Below the pieces are notes generated by a model that searched no databases, was not told where the DNA came from, and saw nothing but the letters and a program-made list of their open reading frames with translations. Positions 7,993 to 17,317 of a DNA stretch of 64,000 bases are shown in pieces (position 1 is the first letter of the stretch; each line of letters opens with the position of its first letter). This DNA is from Candidatus Omnitrophota bacterium. GTDB lineage: Bacteria > Omnitrophota > Gorgyraeia > JAFGHF01. The stretch covers positions 216,209 through 280,208 of the forward strand of contig CP070837.1 of assembly GCA_020341815.1 (NCBI GenBank), written 5' to 3'. Both the position numbers and the translations under genes were made by a program.

Positions 7993-8117
7993 TAGCCGGA
8001 TAGCCAAGGGAAGTCTTCGTGAGATTCGAAGCGCTGCCCCGCAACGGTAATCCCTGAGCTTAGTCTTGAGGGGAGTCCGGACCATTGGTTATTTTGGGAA
8101 GCCCGCCGAAGGCGGGT
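7993..8117 (+). promoter_or_regulatory. Cobalamin (AdoCbl) riboswitch
   Basis: Matches to the consensus: AAGGGAA, GTGAGATTC, GCGCTGCCCCGCAACGGTAA (for GCnGnCCCGCAACTGTAA), and B12-box-like GACCATTGG...GGGAAGCC. Followed by hairpin CCCGCC-GAAG-GCGGG, then RBS GAGGGAGAAG and the TonB-dependent receptor. Confidence 0.8.
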
Positions 8118-8140
8118 AAATATTCTCGAGGGAGAAGAAG

Positions 8141-10027
8141 ATGAAAAGAAAGATTACAATTCTAATAGGTATGTTGGTTTTATTAAAGGCTAATTGCATT
8201 TGGGCCGAGGAAAAAACCTCTTCCTCTGCCGAGTATAATCTGGGAGAGGTGCTTGTTTCTGCCACGAAAGTAAAAAGCCATCAGGCCGAAGTGGGAAGCT
8301 CCTCCTCCGTAATTACCGCTCAGGACTTAGAGAAATCAGGTAAAAAAAGTGTTGGGGAAGTCCTGCGAAATGTTCCCGGAGTATCGGTTATGCAGAGCGG
8401 AGCATTTGGGGGAACGAGCTCCATTTATGTCCGCGGCTCAAAGCCGGGGCATACTTTGGTGATGATTGACGGCGTAGAGGTAAACGACCCCATCTCAGCC
8501 AGAGGCTATTTTGATTTCGCCCATTTGACGACCAATAATATTGAGCGCATTGAGATTGTGCGTGGTGCTCAATCCACTCTCTATGGCTCAAAAGCTATAG
8601 GAGGGGTAGTTAATATCATCACCAAAAAAGGCAAAGGCCGTCCCGGGTGGCAGTTTGCTTTTGAGGGCGGTTCTTACAATACTTTTCAGGAGACATTGAG
8701 CTTGAGCGGTTCGCAAAATAAACTAGATTATTCTCTCTCTGTATTGCGCCTGGATAGCGAGGGCATCTCAAAGACTTGTGACACTTCAGAAGATGACGAA
8801 TATGAGAATATCACATTCTCAAACCGCTTAGGGTATGAAGTTTCCGAAAGCAGCAAGCTTGATTTTGTCTTTCGCTTAACGGATGCCAAATATGATTATG
8901 ACGGCGGCGCATATCAGGATGATTCCGATAAAGTGGCATGGTGGAGAAATATAATAGGAAAGGCCGCCTTTAGTCAGGTCCTGACTTCAATCTGGGACCA
9001 TGAGCTTTCGTTTTCTTATGCGCAGACCAGAAGAAAATACAGAGATGACCCTGACTTTGACGATGCACCGGGCACAGGCCGCACGCACAATTGGTATAAG
9101 AGCAGAATAGGAAAGACCGAATGGCAGCATAACATCTCTGCCCTTGATTGGTACACATTGACTTGCGGATTGGAGTACGAAGAGGAAAGGGGCTTTGCCG
9201 ATGGGCGGGTTTCTTCGAACAGGCTTGATAGAAGAGCCGTGGATAGTAAAGGCTGCTATCTGCAAAATCAGTTTAAGTGGCGGGAGAGTTTATTTATTAT
9301 CCCGGGCCTGAGAATAGACGACCATGAACTCTTCGGCACCGAGACCACCTATAAAGTATCTACTTCTTATATTATTCCCAGGATAAAGACCCGCCTTAAG
9401 GGCAATTGGGCTACGGGTTTTAAGGCGCCTTCTCTGTATCAGCTCTTTCATCCCCGATATGGCAACGAAGCTCTCAGGCCCGATGAGAGCAGAAGTTATG
9501 ACTTTGGATTTGAGCAGGGCTTACTTGATGATAAACTGACTTTTGGATTGACCTACTTTCATAATGATTTTAAGAATATGGTTGAGTGGGATACGAATGC
9601 TCTAATATATAACAATATCGACAATGCCCAGACAAAGGGTTTTGAGCTGGAAGGCTCCTTTAGGCCGATAGAGGACTTAACGCTAGGAGCTAATTACACA
9701 TATACTAAAACTAAGGACAAAGACACGGGCAGAAAGTTAACCGAAAGGCCGGAAAATCAGGTAGGCCTTGATTTGAACTGGGCCTTTCTTGAAAAAGGAA
9801 ATGTTAATTTAATGGCAGCCTATGTCGGGCACCGTTGGGATAATAGCGCAAATACGCGCAAAGTAAAGCCATATACTAAAGTTGACTTGTCCGCCTCTTA
9901 CGATTTGACGGAAACTTTTCAGATTTTCGGCAGGATAGACAATCTTTTTGATAGAAACTACCAGCAAATTCGCGGATACGCCACTCCCGGAAGATCTTTT
10001 TATGCCGGCAGCAAAGCGAGTTTTTAG
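8141..10027 (+). CDS. btuB: TonB-dependent outer-membrane receptor, cobalamin-type (riboswitch-controlled)
   Basis: 628 aa. Signal peptide, TonB box EVLVSAT, plug domain motifs, C-terminal ..YAGSKASF terminal Phe. Immediately downstream of the B12 riboswitch. Confidence 0.7.
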   Translation: MKRKITILIGMLVLLKANCIWAEEKTSSSAEYNLGEVLVSATKVKSHQAEVGSSSSVITAQDLEKSGKKSVGEVLRNVPGVSVMQSGAFGGTSSIYVRGSKPGHTLVMIDGVEVNDPISARGYFDFAHLTTNNIERIEIVRGAQSTLYGSKAIGGVVNIITKKGKGRPGWQFAFEGGSYNTFQETLSLSGSQNKLDYSLSVLRLDSEGISKTCDTSEDDEYENITFSNRLGYEVSESSKLDFVFRLTDAKYDYDGGAYQDDSDKVAWWRNIIGKAAFSQVLTSIWDHELSFSYAQTRRKYRDDPDFDDAPGTGRTHNWYKSRIGKTEWQHNISALDWYTLTCGLEYEEERGFADGRVSSNRLDRRAVDSKGCYLQNQFKWRESLFIIPGLRIDDHELFGTETTYKVSTSYIIPRIKTRLKGNWATGFKAPSLYQLFHPRYGNEALRPDESRSYDFGFEQGLLDDKLTFGLTYFHNDFKNMVEWDTNALIYNNIDNAQTKGFELEGSFRPIEDLTLGANYTYTKTKDKDTGRKLTERPENQVGLDLNWAFLEKGNVNLMAAYVGHRWDNSANTRKVKPYTKVDLSASYDLTETFQIFGRIDNLFDRNYQQIRGYATPGRSFYAGSKASF

Positions 10028-10039
10028 ATAGGCGGATGA

Positions 10040-10654
10040 ATGGGCAGTATGTTTAAAAATAGAGAGATGAGGATTGCCTTATTTTTATCTTTGGCAGGGC
10101 ATCTTTTATTTTTGGGGATGCCCGGAGGCGCGAGGCAGGACCTTAAGATAGAGAGGGACGATAAGGAACTGGAAATAGCCTATGTAAAAATAAAAGAGCC
10201 CACGCTTTTACCCAGAATAGATAATATGGGGGAGGAAAAAAAGCTAAAAGAGATTAAGGAGAAGCCAAAATCTCCTGCCGAGCCAGAGCCCGTCCCTGAA
10301 ACTGTAGCCATGGAGAAAGAACCGAGCTCAAGAGAAAAAATTGATGCGTTGGATTTAGCTCAGGAGGCAATGCTTCGCTATCAGGATATGGTAAAACAGA
10401 GGATAGAAGAGGCAAGGAGATATCCTTCCTGGGCAAAAAGACAAGGGCAGGAAGGAATTGTCTATTTAGACTTTATAGTTTTAGCCAATGGTCTGAGCCG
10501 GGATATCGAAATTATTTCCTCCTCCGGCTCAGGTATCCTTGATAAAGAGGCCGTTGCTACTATCCAAAGAGCCGGCCCTTTCCCGCCCATTCCTCAAGGA
10601 ATAAAGCGGAACTCTACCAGAATGCAGGTGGCTATTGTTTTCGCCTTGGATTGA
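10040..10654 (+). CDS. TonB family energy transducer (C-terminal TonB domain)
   Basis: 204 aa. N-terminal TM, Pro/Glu/Lys-rich linker, C-terminal domain YP..A...G.EG.V.L.F.V..G. Confidence 0.7.
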   Translation: MGSMFKNREMRIALFLSLAGHLLFLGMPGGARQDLKIERDDKELEIAYVKIKEPTLLPRIDNMGEEKKLKEIKEKPKSPAEPEPVPETVAMEKEPSSREKIDALDLAQEAMLRYQDMVKQRIEEARRYPSWAKRQGQEGIVYLDFIVLANGLSRDIEIISSSGSGILDKEAVATIQRAGPFPPIPQGIKRNSTRMQVAIVFALD

Positions 10655-10683
10655 GGAAAAGCTCACTTTCCAATTTTTCATTT
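10655..10683 (+). terminator. Putative intrinsic terminator after tonB
   Basis: Hairpin GGAAA-AGCTCAC-TTTCC followed by AATTTTTCATTT. Confidence 0.4.
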
Positions 10684-10739
10684 GAAAATAAAGCGAAATT
10701 AAACTAAAATAGTCTTAAAGAGATATTAGGCAGATAATA

Positions 10740-11519
10740 ATGGCAGTAAAAAAGTTTAAATATATCTACGGGCCGGTGCCTTCCTGGAGACTGGGTGAGT
10801 CCTTAGGGATAGATTTGCTCTCCGGAAAAAATAAGCCCTGCTCCTTTGACTGTATCTATTGTCAGTTGGGTAAAACTTATCCCCGGACACTAAAGAGAAA
10901 GCTCTATGTCCCTACCGAGAAAATTATTGAGGAGATAAAAGCCTTACCCGATATTCATATAGATTATATTACCTTCTCCGGAAGAGGAGAGGCCACACTG
11001 GCCAGCAATCTGGGTGAGGCCATAAAGGCCCTGAGGCGCTTGCGCAGAGAGCCGATAGCGGTCTTGACCAATGCCTGTTTGCTCAACGATAAGAAGGTAA
11101 GAGAAGAGCTTGCCCTGGCAGATTTGGTAGCGCTAAAATTGGACGCCCCTTCGCAGGGATTGTTGAACTCGATAAATCAGCCGGCAAGAAGAGTAAAGTT
11201 TGCCGCTATTTTGGAAGGCATCAAAGAGTTCAGGAAAGAATACAGAGGTAAGCTTGCCTTACAGATTATGTTTGTCAGGGGAAATGCCTCTTTTGCTGAA
11301 GATATCGCAAAGCTTGCCCGAGACATCCGGCCCGATGAGGTCCAGATTAATACACCCAGAAGACGCTCGCCTGTTAAGCCGCTTTCACGCAGTGCTATTC
11401 TCAAGATAAAGAAGGCTTTTTCAGGGATGAACGTGATTTCGGTTTACGATGCCAAACACAAAAAGACCCGTCCCTTAAGCGCAAAAGATACTAGACGCCG
11501 CCGAGGTAAGACTTTGTAA
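10740..11519 (+). CDS. Radical SAM domain protein, uncharacterised subfamily
   Basis: 259 aa. CSFDCIYCQ (CxxxCxxC) at residue 34 preceded by YGPVPSWRLGESLGIDL. No SPASM domain. Confidence 0.65.
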   Translation: MAVKKFKYIYGPVPSWRLGESLGIDLLSGKNKPCSFDCIYCQLGKTYPRTLKRKLYVPTEKIIEEIKALPDIHIDYITFSGRGEATLASNLGEAIKALRRLRREPIAVLTNACLLNDKKVREELALADLVALKLDAPSQGLLNSINQPARRVKFAAILEGIKEFRKEYRGKLALQIMFVRGNASFAEDIAKLARDIRPDEVQINTPRRRSPVKPLSRSAILKIKKAFSGMNVISVYDAKHKKTRPLSAKDTRRRRGKTL

Positions 11520-12379
11520 TGAAGACACGCTCAGAATGCATCCCCTGTTTTTTCAAGCAAGCCCTCTCTGCCGCTCGCCTGGCCGGTGCAAGCCTCACCC
11601 TGCAGAAAAAAATACTGAGTGAGCTCGTCCAGGAAATCCTTAAGTTCAATTTGGACTTGTGTCCCTCCCAGATGGGTAGAACCCTCTATCGCCTGGTAAG
11701 AAAAAGGACCGGCAAGCACGACCCCTTTAAGCAGCTTAAGGAAAAAAGCAACAAGATTGCCTTGAGCCTTTATCCCCGCCTTAAAGAAAGAATAGCCCAC
11801 TCAAAAAACAGGCTTTTGACTGCTACTAGCCTGGCCATCGCCGGAAATGTGATTGATTACGGTGTGGGGACCTCTTTAGATGTTGCCAGAGAGATAGAGA
11901 GGATACTTGCCGAGGAAAACAGGCTTGTTCGCAGAGAGACTAAAAAGATATTTAATTATTCCGGTTTTGAGAAGGCCGTAAAGAAAACAAAGAAGATTCT
12001 ATATTTAGGCGATAATGCGGGTGAGGCGGTATTTGACCGTGTTTTAATCGAAGAGCTGAAAGACAAAGAAATTACTTATGTGGTAAGAGGCGGCCCGATA
12101 ATCAACGATGTTTTAAGAGAAGATGCCGTATCTTGCGGAATAGACAGATGCGCCCGGATTATCTCTTCGGGTTGTGATGCCCCGGGCGTAATATTAAAAT
12201 TTTGCTCAAGCAGGTTTAGAAAAATCTATCACCAGGCGGAATTGATAATTAGTAAGGGCCAGGGTAACTTTGAGGCCTTATCGGGAAGAGGTGAACCCAT
12301 CTTTTTCCTTTTTAAGGCCAAATGCCCTGTAGTGGCTGAGCATTTAGGGTGTAAACTGGGAGATGTCATCTTAAAATAA
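11519..12379 (+). CDS. DUF89/ARMT1-like damage-control phosphatase family protein
   Basis: 286 aa. N-terminal C.PCF motif and overall DUF89 pattern. Start overlaps the radical SAM stop (ATGA). Confidence 0.6.
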   Translation: MKTRSECIPCFFKQALSAARLAGASLTLQKKILSELVQEILKFNLDLCPSQMGRTLYRLVRKRTGKHDPFKQLKEKSNKIALSLYPRLKERIAHSKNRLLTATSLAIAGNVIDYGVGTSLDVAREIERILAEENRLVRRETKKIFNYSGFEKAVKKTKKILYLGDNAGEAVFDRVLIEELKDKEITYVVRGGPIINDVLREDAVSCGIDRCARIISSGCDAPGVILKFCSSRFRKIYHQAELIISKGQGNFEALSGRGEPIFFLFKAKCPVVAEHLGCKLGDVILK

Positions 12380-12605
12380 GTGAGGCCACGACTTAGTGAA
12401 TGATAATGAAACTAAGTTGTCTGGCCGAACTTACCCCGAACCAAAATACTACATAGTGTTGTATTTTGGCAAGACTCGTGCCATATGGCATTAGATTGCT
12501 CTTAAAAATTAACTGTTGTTAGTATTTTGGTACGGGGTTTAATTCGCACAGCGACTTATGTTCACTGTGTTCCATAAGTCACGTGCTCATTAAAGGAGGT
12601 TTATT

Positions 12606-12803
12606 ATGGCGGAATGTAATATAAAGCAAAACAAGCACAGCTGCAACTGTTCTTACGAGCCTTGCTCAAGAAAAGGTATCTGCTGCGAGTGTATCCAGTA
12701 TCACCGCGCTCAAAAACAGCTGCCTGCCTGCTTTTTCCCTGCCGATGCAGAAAAGACCTACGACCGCAGCATTGAAAACTTCATCCAGAGCTGCGGACGC
12801 TAG
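12606..12803 (+). CDS. Cysteine-rich small protein (65 aa, 9 Cys), probable metal-binding
   Basis: [33 protein letters not shown].. Strong RBS AAAGGAGGT. Preceded by a 225-nt structured leader. Confidence 0.5.
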   Translation: MAECNIKQNKHSCNCSYEPCSRKGICCECIQYHRAQKQLPACFFPADAEKTYDRSIENFIQSCGR

Positions 12804-12865
12804 GAGTGAGGCCTTGACGAATTAAGCCAGTTGTAGTAAACTCGCCTTACCGAAAGGAATTTGAG

Positions 12866-13825
12866 ATGTCCTATATTATTGGTATAGATATAGGGGGCAC
12901 AAAGACCTCCGTGTCCATAGGAACTGCCAGGGGTAAAATCCTTAGCCGCCGGGTTTTTCCTACAGAAAAAGTAGAGCCTACCCTTGCCGAGGTAAAGGGA
13001 TGTATTCGGTCATATCTTAAGAAATACGCTAAGGGCCTGAAGAAGGTTAAGGGTATCGGTATTTCCTGCGCCGGTCCTATGGATCCGGAAAGGGGCATCT
13101 TGATTAATCCTCCCAATATGCCCACCTGGCGCAACGTTCCTTTAAAGAGGATTTTTGTCCGCAGCTTTAGGTTTCCTGTGGCTATGGACAATGATGCAAA
13201 TTGCGCGGCTTTAGCCGAGAAGACCTTCGGAGCCGGCAGGGATGTGCAGGACCTTTTTTATTATACGGTGAGCACGGGTATCGGCGGCGGGTTGGTTATT
13301 GAGGGAAAGGTTCATCGCGGCGCAAGCTTTGACGCCGGAGAAATCGGCCATTCCGTAATTTTACCCGAAGGCCCCAGATGCAACTGCGGAAAACGCGGAT
13401 GTCTGGAGGCCTTAGCCAGCGGCACAGCTATAGCCAGGGTCGCCAGAGAAAAAGTAAAGGAAAGTTCCCTGATTTTGAAATTGGCCGGCGGGAAAAAGAA
13501 GGATATCAACGCAGTCTTTGTTGCCCAGGCGGCTGCCAAAGGAGATAAGCTGGCCCGGGCAATATATGCGCAGGCCGCTTTTTATCTGGGCTTAAGCGTT
13601 ACCAATGTTATTCAGATAGTCAATCCTGAGATGATTGTTATCGGGGGAGGAGTCTCTTTTGCCGGCCCGATACTTTTTCAGCCGCTGATAAAGACCGTGC
13701 GCGCTCACGCCTGGCCCAGGCCTTATCACAGCTGTAAAATTGCCCCGGCTAAGCTGAAAGAGAAAGCGGGGGATCTGGGAGCAATCAGCCTGTTTCTTAA
13801 GGAACTGGACCTTGGCCGAGTTTAG
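12866..13825 (+). CDS. ROK family sugar kinase (glucokinase-like)
   Basis: IGIDIGGTKT N-terminus. ROK zinc motif CNCGKRGCLE. Confidence 0.8.
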   Translation: MSYIIGIDIGGTKTSVSIGTARGKILSRRVFPTEKVEPTLAEVKGCIRSYLKKYAKGLKKVKGIGISCAGPMDPERGILINPPNMPTWRNVPLKRIFVRSFRFPVAMDNDANCAALAEKTFGAGRDVQDLFYYTVSTGIGGGLVIEGKVHRGASFDAGEIGHSVILPEGPRCNCGKRGCLEALASGTAIARVAREKVKESSLILKLAGGKKKDINAVFVAQAAAKGDKLARAIYAQAAFYLGLSVTNVIQIVNPEMIVIGGGVSFAGPILFQPLIKTVRAHAWPRPYHSCKIAPAKLKEKAGDLGAISLFLKELDLGRV

Positions 13826-15071
13826 AGAGATCTTGAAAAATAAGAATTTTCTTTTCCTCTGGTTAGGGCAGATTACTTCTCAATTTGGCGACCGCTTAAA
13901 TCAGATGGCCCTGATTGCCTTAATTTATGCCCGCGCCCCCGGCTCGGCCTTACAGTTAGCCAAACTGCTTTCCTTCACGATTATTCCCGTATTTGTCGTG
14001 GGACCTGTTGCCGCTGCCTATGTGGATAGATGGGACCGCCGCCGGATAATGATAGTTTGCGATGCGTTGAGGGCGGTTCTGGTAGCTTTGGTGGCCTTCT
14101 TCTTCCTGGGGGCAAAAAACCTCTGGCCGATATACACAGCCCTTTTTTTGATATTTTCCGTGAGCCGTTTTTTCATCCCCGCAAAAATGGCCATTATTCC
14201 GGAGCTGGTTTCCAAAGAGAAACTGCTTTTGGCTAATTCTCTTTCCTCTACCAGCGGGATGATTGCTGTGGTGGCCGGACTCGGGGCTGGCGGGTTGATT
14301 GTCGAGGCCGTAGGTGCGCGCGGAGGACTTGTTATTGATATGCTCACTTATCTTTTTTCCGGATTTATGGTCTTTATGATTACTTCGCGCGCACACACTT
14401 ATCTTAGAAAGGAACGCCCGATAGAGGCACTCAGGGATGCCGAGAGGCTGTTTAAGAAAACGCTTTTTTCCGAGATTAAAGAAGGCTGGCATTATCTTAT
14501 CGGAGACAGCGACGTACGTTTTATCGCCCAGAGCTTTTTTCTCCTGGGCTCAGCCGCAGGAGCGGTGTTTGTAGTAGCGATTATCTTTGTGCAGAGGGCC
14601 TTTGGTTCTGTTACACAGGACTTAGGAATCCTGGCGGTGTTTTTGGGGCTGGGACTCTTTGTTAATTCTCTTATATACGGCAGATTGGGCGCAAAACTCT
14701 CCAGAATAAAGGCGATATTTATTTTCCTGGGGGCAAGCGGAGTTGTTTTAAGCGTATTTACAATTTCTTTGAAGTTTTTTCCTTCGATGTTTTTGGCCGT
14801 AATTTTGATTTTTCTTCTTGGCATGGCTCTTGCTCCCATTATCATATCGTCATACACCCTGATTCATGAAATAACCAAGCAGAAGATGTACGGAAGGATT
14901 TTCGGGTCGCTTGAGGTGGTAGCGCATTTAGGTTTTCTTTTATTTATGTTTCTCACCTCTTTTTTAGCGGAAAGAATCGGACGCTTTCAGATTTTGCTCT
15001 TCGTGGGAATAGCGCTTGCCGTTATAGGATGGGGAGCATTGGCCTTGAAGCTGGACAAAAGAAGGATTTAG
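13812..15071 (+). CDS. MFS transporter
   Basis: 419 aa, about 12 predicted TM helices. MFS-like D-R-x-G-R-R motif (DRWDRRR). Confidence 0.7.
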   Translation: MAEFREILKNKNFLFLWLGQITSQFGDRLNQMALIALIYARAPGSALQLAKLLSFTIIPVFVVGPVAAAYVDRWDRRRIMIVCDALRAVLVALVAFFFLGAKNLWPIYTALFLIFSVSRFFIPAKMAIIPELVSKEKLLLANSLSSTSGMIAVVAGLGAGGLIVEAVGARGGLVIDMLTYLFSGFMVFMITSRAHTYLRKERPIEALRDAERLFKKTLFSEIKEGWHYLIGDSDVRFIAQSFFLLGSAAGAVFVVAIIFVQRAFGSVTQDLGILAVFLGLGLFVNSLIYGRLGAKLSRIKAIFIFLGASGVVLSVFTISLKFFPSMFLAVILIFLLGMALAPIIISSYTLIHEITKQKMYGRIFGSLEVVAHLGFLLFMFLTSFLAERIGRFQILLFVGIALAVIGWGALALKLDKRRI

Positions 15072-15074
15072 ACT

Positions 15075-16037
15075 ATGGCCGAATATGACCTCATCATTGT
15101 TGGCGCAGGGCCTGCGGGCTTGAGCGCCGGGCTTTATGCTGTCCGGGCAGGAATGAAGACAATAGCCTTGGAGCAGGCCTCTTGCGGCGGGCAGATGCTT
15201 TTAACGGAAATTGTGGAGAACTATCCCGGCTTCCCTCAGGGGATAAAAGGACAGCTTCTCGCCGAGCAATTTAAGGCCCAGGCAGCGGGGGCGGGACTAC
15301 GCATTATTAACCAGGGCGTAAAGGAAATAATTCCTCTGGACTTAACTACAGGTTGTACCGTAAAGACAGATGAGGCCTCCTACGGGGCCAAGTCCCTGAT
15401 CCTGGCCTGCGGGGCCAATCCCAAAAGATTAGCCATTCCGGGCGAGGAGCGTCTTATAGGGCGTGGGGTTTCCTATTGTGCGACCTGTGACGGCCCTTTA
15501 TTTCGCGGACGCCAGATAATCGTGGTAGGCGCAGGCAATGCCGCTTGCGAAGAGGCCCTTTTCTTAAGCAAGTTTGCGCGCAGGGTTACCCTCATCCATC
15601 GCCGCTCGAGGCTGAGGGCGGATAAGGTATTTCAGGAGAGGCTAAAGGCCGAGCCAAAAATAGATTTTATCTGGAACTCGCGGGTTATTGAGATAGTGGG
15701 AGAGGCAAAGGTGAGCGCGGTGACGCTTGAAGATGTAAAGACGGCCAGGAAAAAAAGTGTTTCCTGCGACGGGGTATTTATCTTTGTTGGCCTTAAGCCC
15801 AATACGGATTTTATTAAAGGTTTGGTAGATATGGATTCGCAAGGTTTTATTCTTACGGATGAGAATCTCCAGAGTTCCCGCAAAGGCATATTTGCCTGCG
15901 GAGATTGCCGTCTGAGGCCCTTGCGCCAGGTAGTTACTGCCTGCGGCGAAGGGGCAGAGGCGGCTGTAGCTTCCTATAATTATGTGGAAGAATTAAAAGG
16001 GACTGCTTATGGGAAAGACCAGACTTTCGCCTCCTGA
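15075..16037 (+). CDS. trxB: Thioredoxin-disulfide reductase
   Basis: 320 aa. GAGPAG FAD motif, CATCDG redox-active site, GAGNAA NADPH motif. Confidence 0.85.
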   Translation: MAEYDLIIVGAGPAGLSAGLYAVRAGMKTIALEQASCGGQMLLTEIVENYPGFPQGIKGQLLAEQFKAQAAGAGLRIINQGVKEIIPLDLTTGCTVKTDEASYGAKSLILACGANPKRLAIPGEERLIGRGVSYCATCDGPLFRGRQIIVVGAGNAACEEALFLSKFARRVTLIHRRSRLRADKVFQERLKAEPKIDFIWNSRVIEIVGEAKVSAVTLEDVKTARKKSVSCDGVFIFVGLKPNTDFIKGLVDMDSQGFILTDENLQSSRKGIFACGDCRLRPLRQVVTACGEGAEAAVASYNYVEELKGTAYGKDQTFAS

Positions 16038-17313
16038 CTTTAAAGAGAGAACGCGCGCCTTGCCTATAAAAGCAATGGGTGCTGTGCCTGAAGTGGTGCT
16101 TCCGCTATTACAGCATACAGGAGCCCCATGCGGCCCTGAGGTTGCAGCAGGAGACAATGTTAAAGCTGGCACATTGATTGCCCGGTCAAAAGAATATGTC
16201 TCTGCGCCGATTCACTCATCCGTCTCCGGAAGCGTAAAGGCCATTGAAGAGAAACCTCATCCTATCCTGGGCCGCTACAAGGCCATAGTAATTGCCTCCG
16301 ACGGCCGGGATGAGCAGGATAGCTCTATTCAGGATAGAAAGGACACCGCTTCTCTTTCTGCGGATGAGATAAGGAAAATTATTCGTGACTGCGGGATTGT
16401 CGGGCTGGGGGGAGCGGCATTTCCTACCCATATAAAGTTGAAGCCTCCGAAAGAAAAGCCCATTGACACCTTTATCTTAAATGCCGCAGAGTGCGAGCCT
16501 TTTTTAACCGCCGACCACAGGCTGATGCTGGAGAAGCCCGAAAGAATTATTGAAGGTATGCTGATAGCGATGAAGGTCCTGGGAGTGAAAAGGGCCATAA
16601 TAGCAATCGAGGAAAATAAACCCGATGCCATAGAAGTGATGAAAAAAATAGTCGATAATGATTCTATTAAAGTCGTTTCTTTAAAATCGTTTTACCCTCA
16701 GGGTGCAGAGAAGCAGCTTATTAAGACTATTCTCAGGCGGGAGGTTCCTCCGGGCGGACTCCCCTTTGATGTAGGATGCGTAGTAAACAATGTGGCCACC
16801 TGTTTTGCTATTTATGAGGCAGTTTATAAAAATAAACCCTTATATGAAAGGGTAATTACCGTAAGCGGAAAGATTGTTAAAAATCCCGGAAATATTTTAG
16901 TGAGAGTGGGGACTAAGGTAGGCGATATAATTGAGTTCTGCGGGGGCTTAAGTGAAGAGGCGGCCAAAGTTATTGTCGGCGGGCCGATGATGGGTATTGC
17001 CCAATATACGCTTGAGGTGCCCGTGATTAAAGGCACTTCAGGCATAATTGTTTTTGGCAAAAGCCAGGTAAAGGCGCCTCTTTCTCAGGCCTGCATTCGC
17101 TGCGGGAGGTGTATCGAGGTCTGCCCCATGGGGCTAAACCCTTCGGCCATTGCCCAGGCAATAGAAAAGGGCAGGTTCGATTTGGCGGAAGAATACAATG
17201 TCTTGGATTGCGTTGAGTGCGGCATCTGCAGCTATGTCTGTCCGGGGAATCGCGATATCGTGGGCCTGGTCAAATTAGCCAAACAAAAGCTAAAGAATAA
17301 AGAGCGAAAATAA
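16009..17313 (+). CDS. rnfC: Rnf electron transport complex subunit C
   Basis: 434 aa. Two ferredoxin-type clusters CIRCGRCIEVCP and CVECGICSYVCP. N-terminal region conserved with RnfC/NqrA. Confidence 0.85.
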   Translation: MGKTRLSPPDFKERTRALPIKAMGAVPEVVLPLLQHTGAPCGPEVAAGDNVKAGTLIARSKEYVSAPIHSSVSGSVKAIEEKPHPILGRYKAIVIASDGRDEQDSSIQDRKDTASLSADEIRKIIRDCGIVGLGGAAFPTHIKLKPPKEKPIDTFILNAAECEPFLTADHRLMLEKPERIIEGMLIAMKVLGVKRAIIAIEENKPDAIEVMKKIVDNDSIKVVSLKSFYPQGAEKQLIKTILRREVPPGGLPFDVGCVVNNVATCFAIYEAVYKNKPLYERVITVSGKIVKNPGNILVRVGTKVGDIIEFCGGLSEEAAKVIVGGPMMGIAQYTLEVPVIKGTSGIIVFGKSQVKAPLSQACIRCGRCIEVCPMGLNPSAIAQAIEKGRFDLAEEYNVLDCVECGICSYVCPGNRDIVGLVKLAKQKLKNKERK

Positions 17314-17317
17314 GGAC

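Noticed and set aside
13956-14492. 178-aa minus-strand ORF, plus other antisense ORFs inside the MFS transporter
   Set aside because: They overlap a convincing multi-TM MFS gene on the + strand. No motifs. No RBS.
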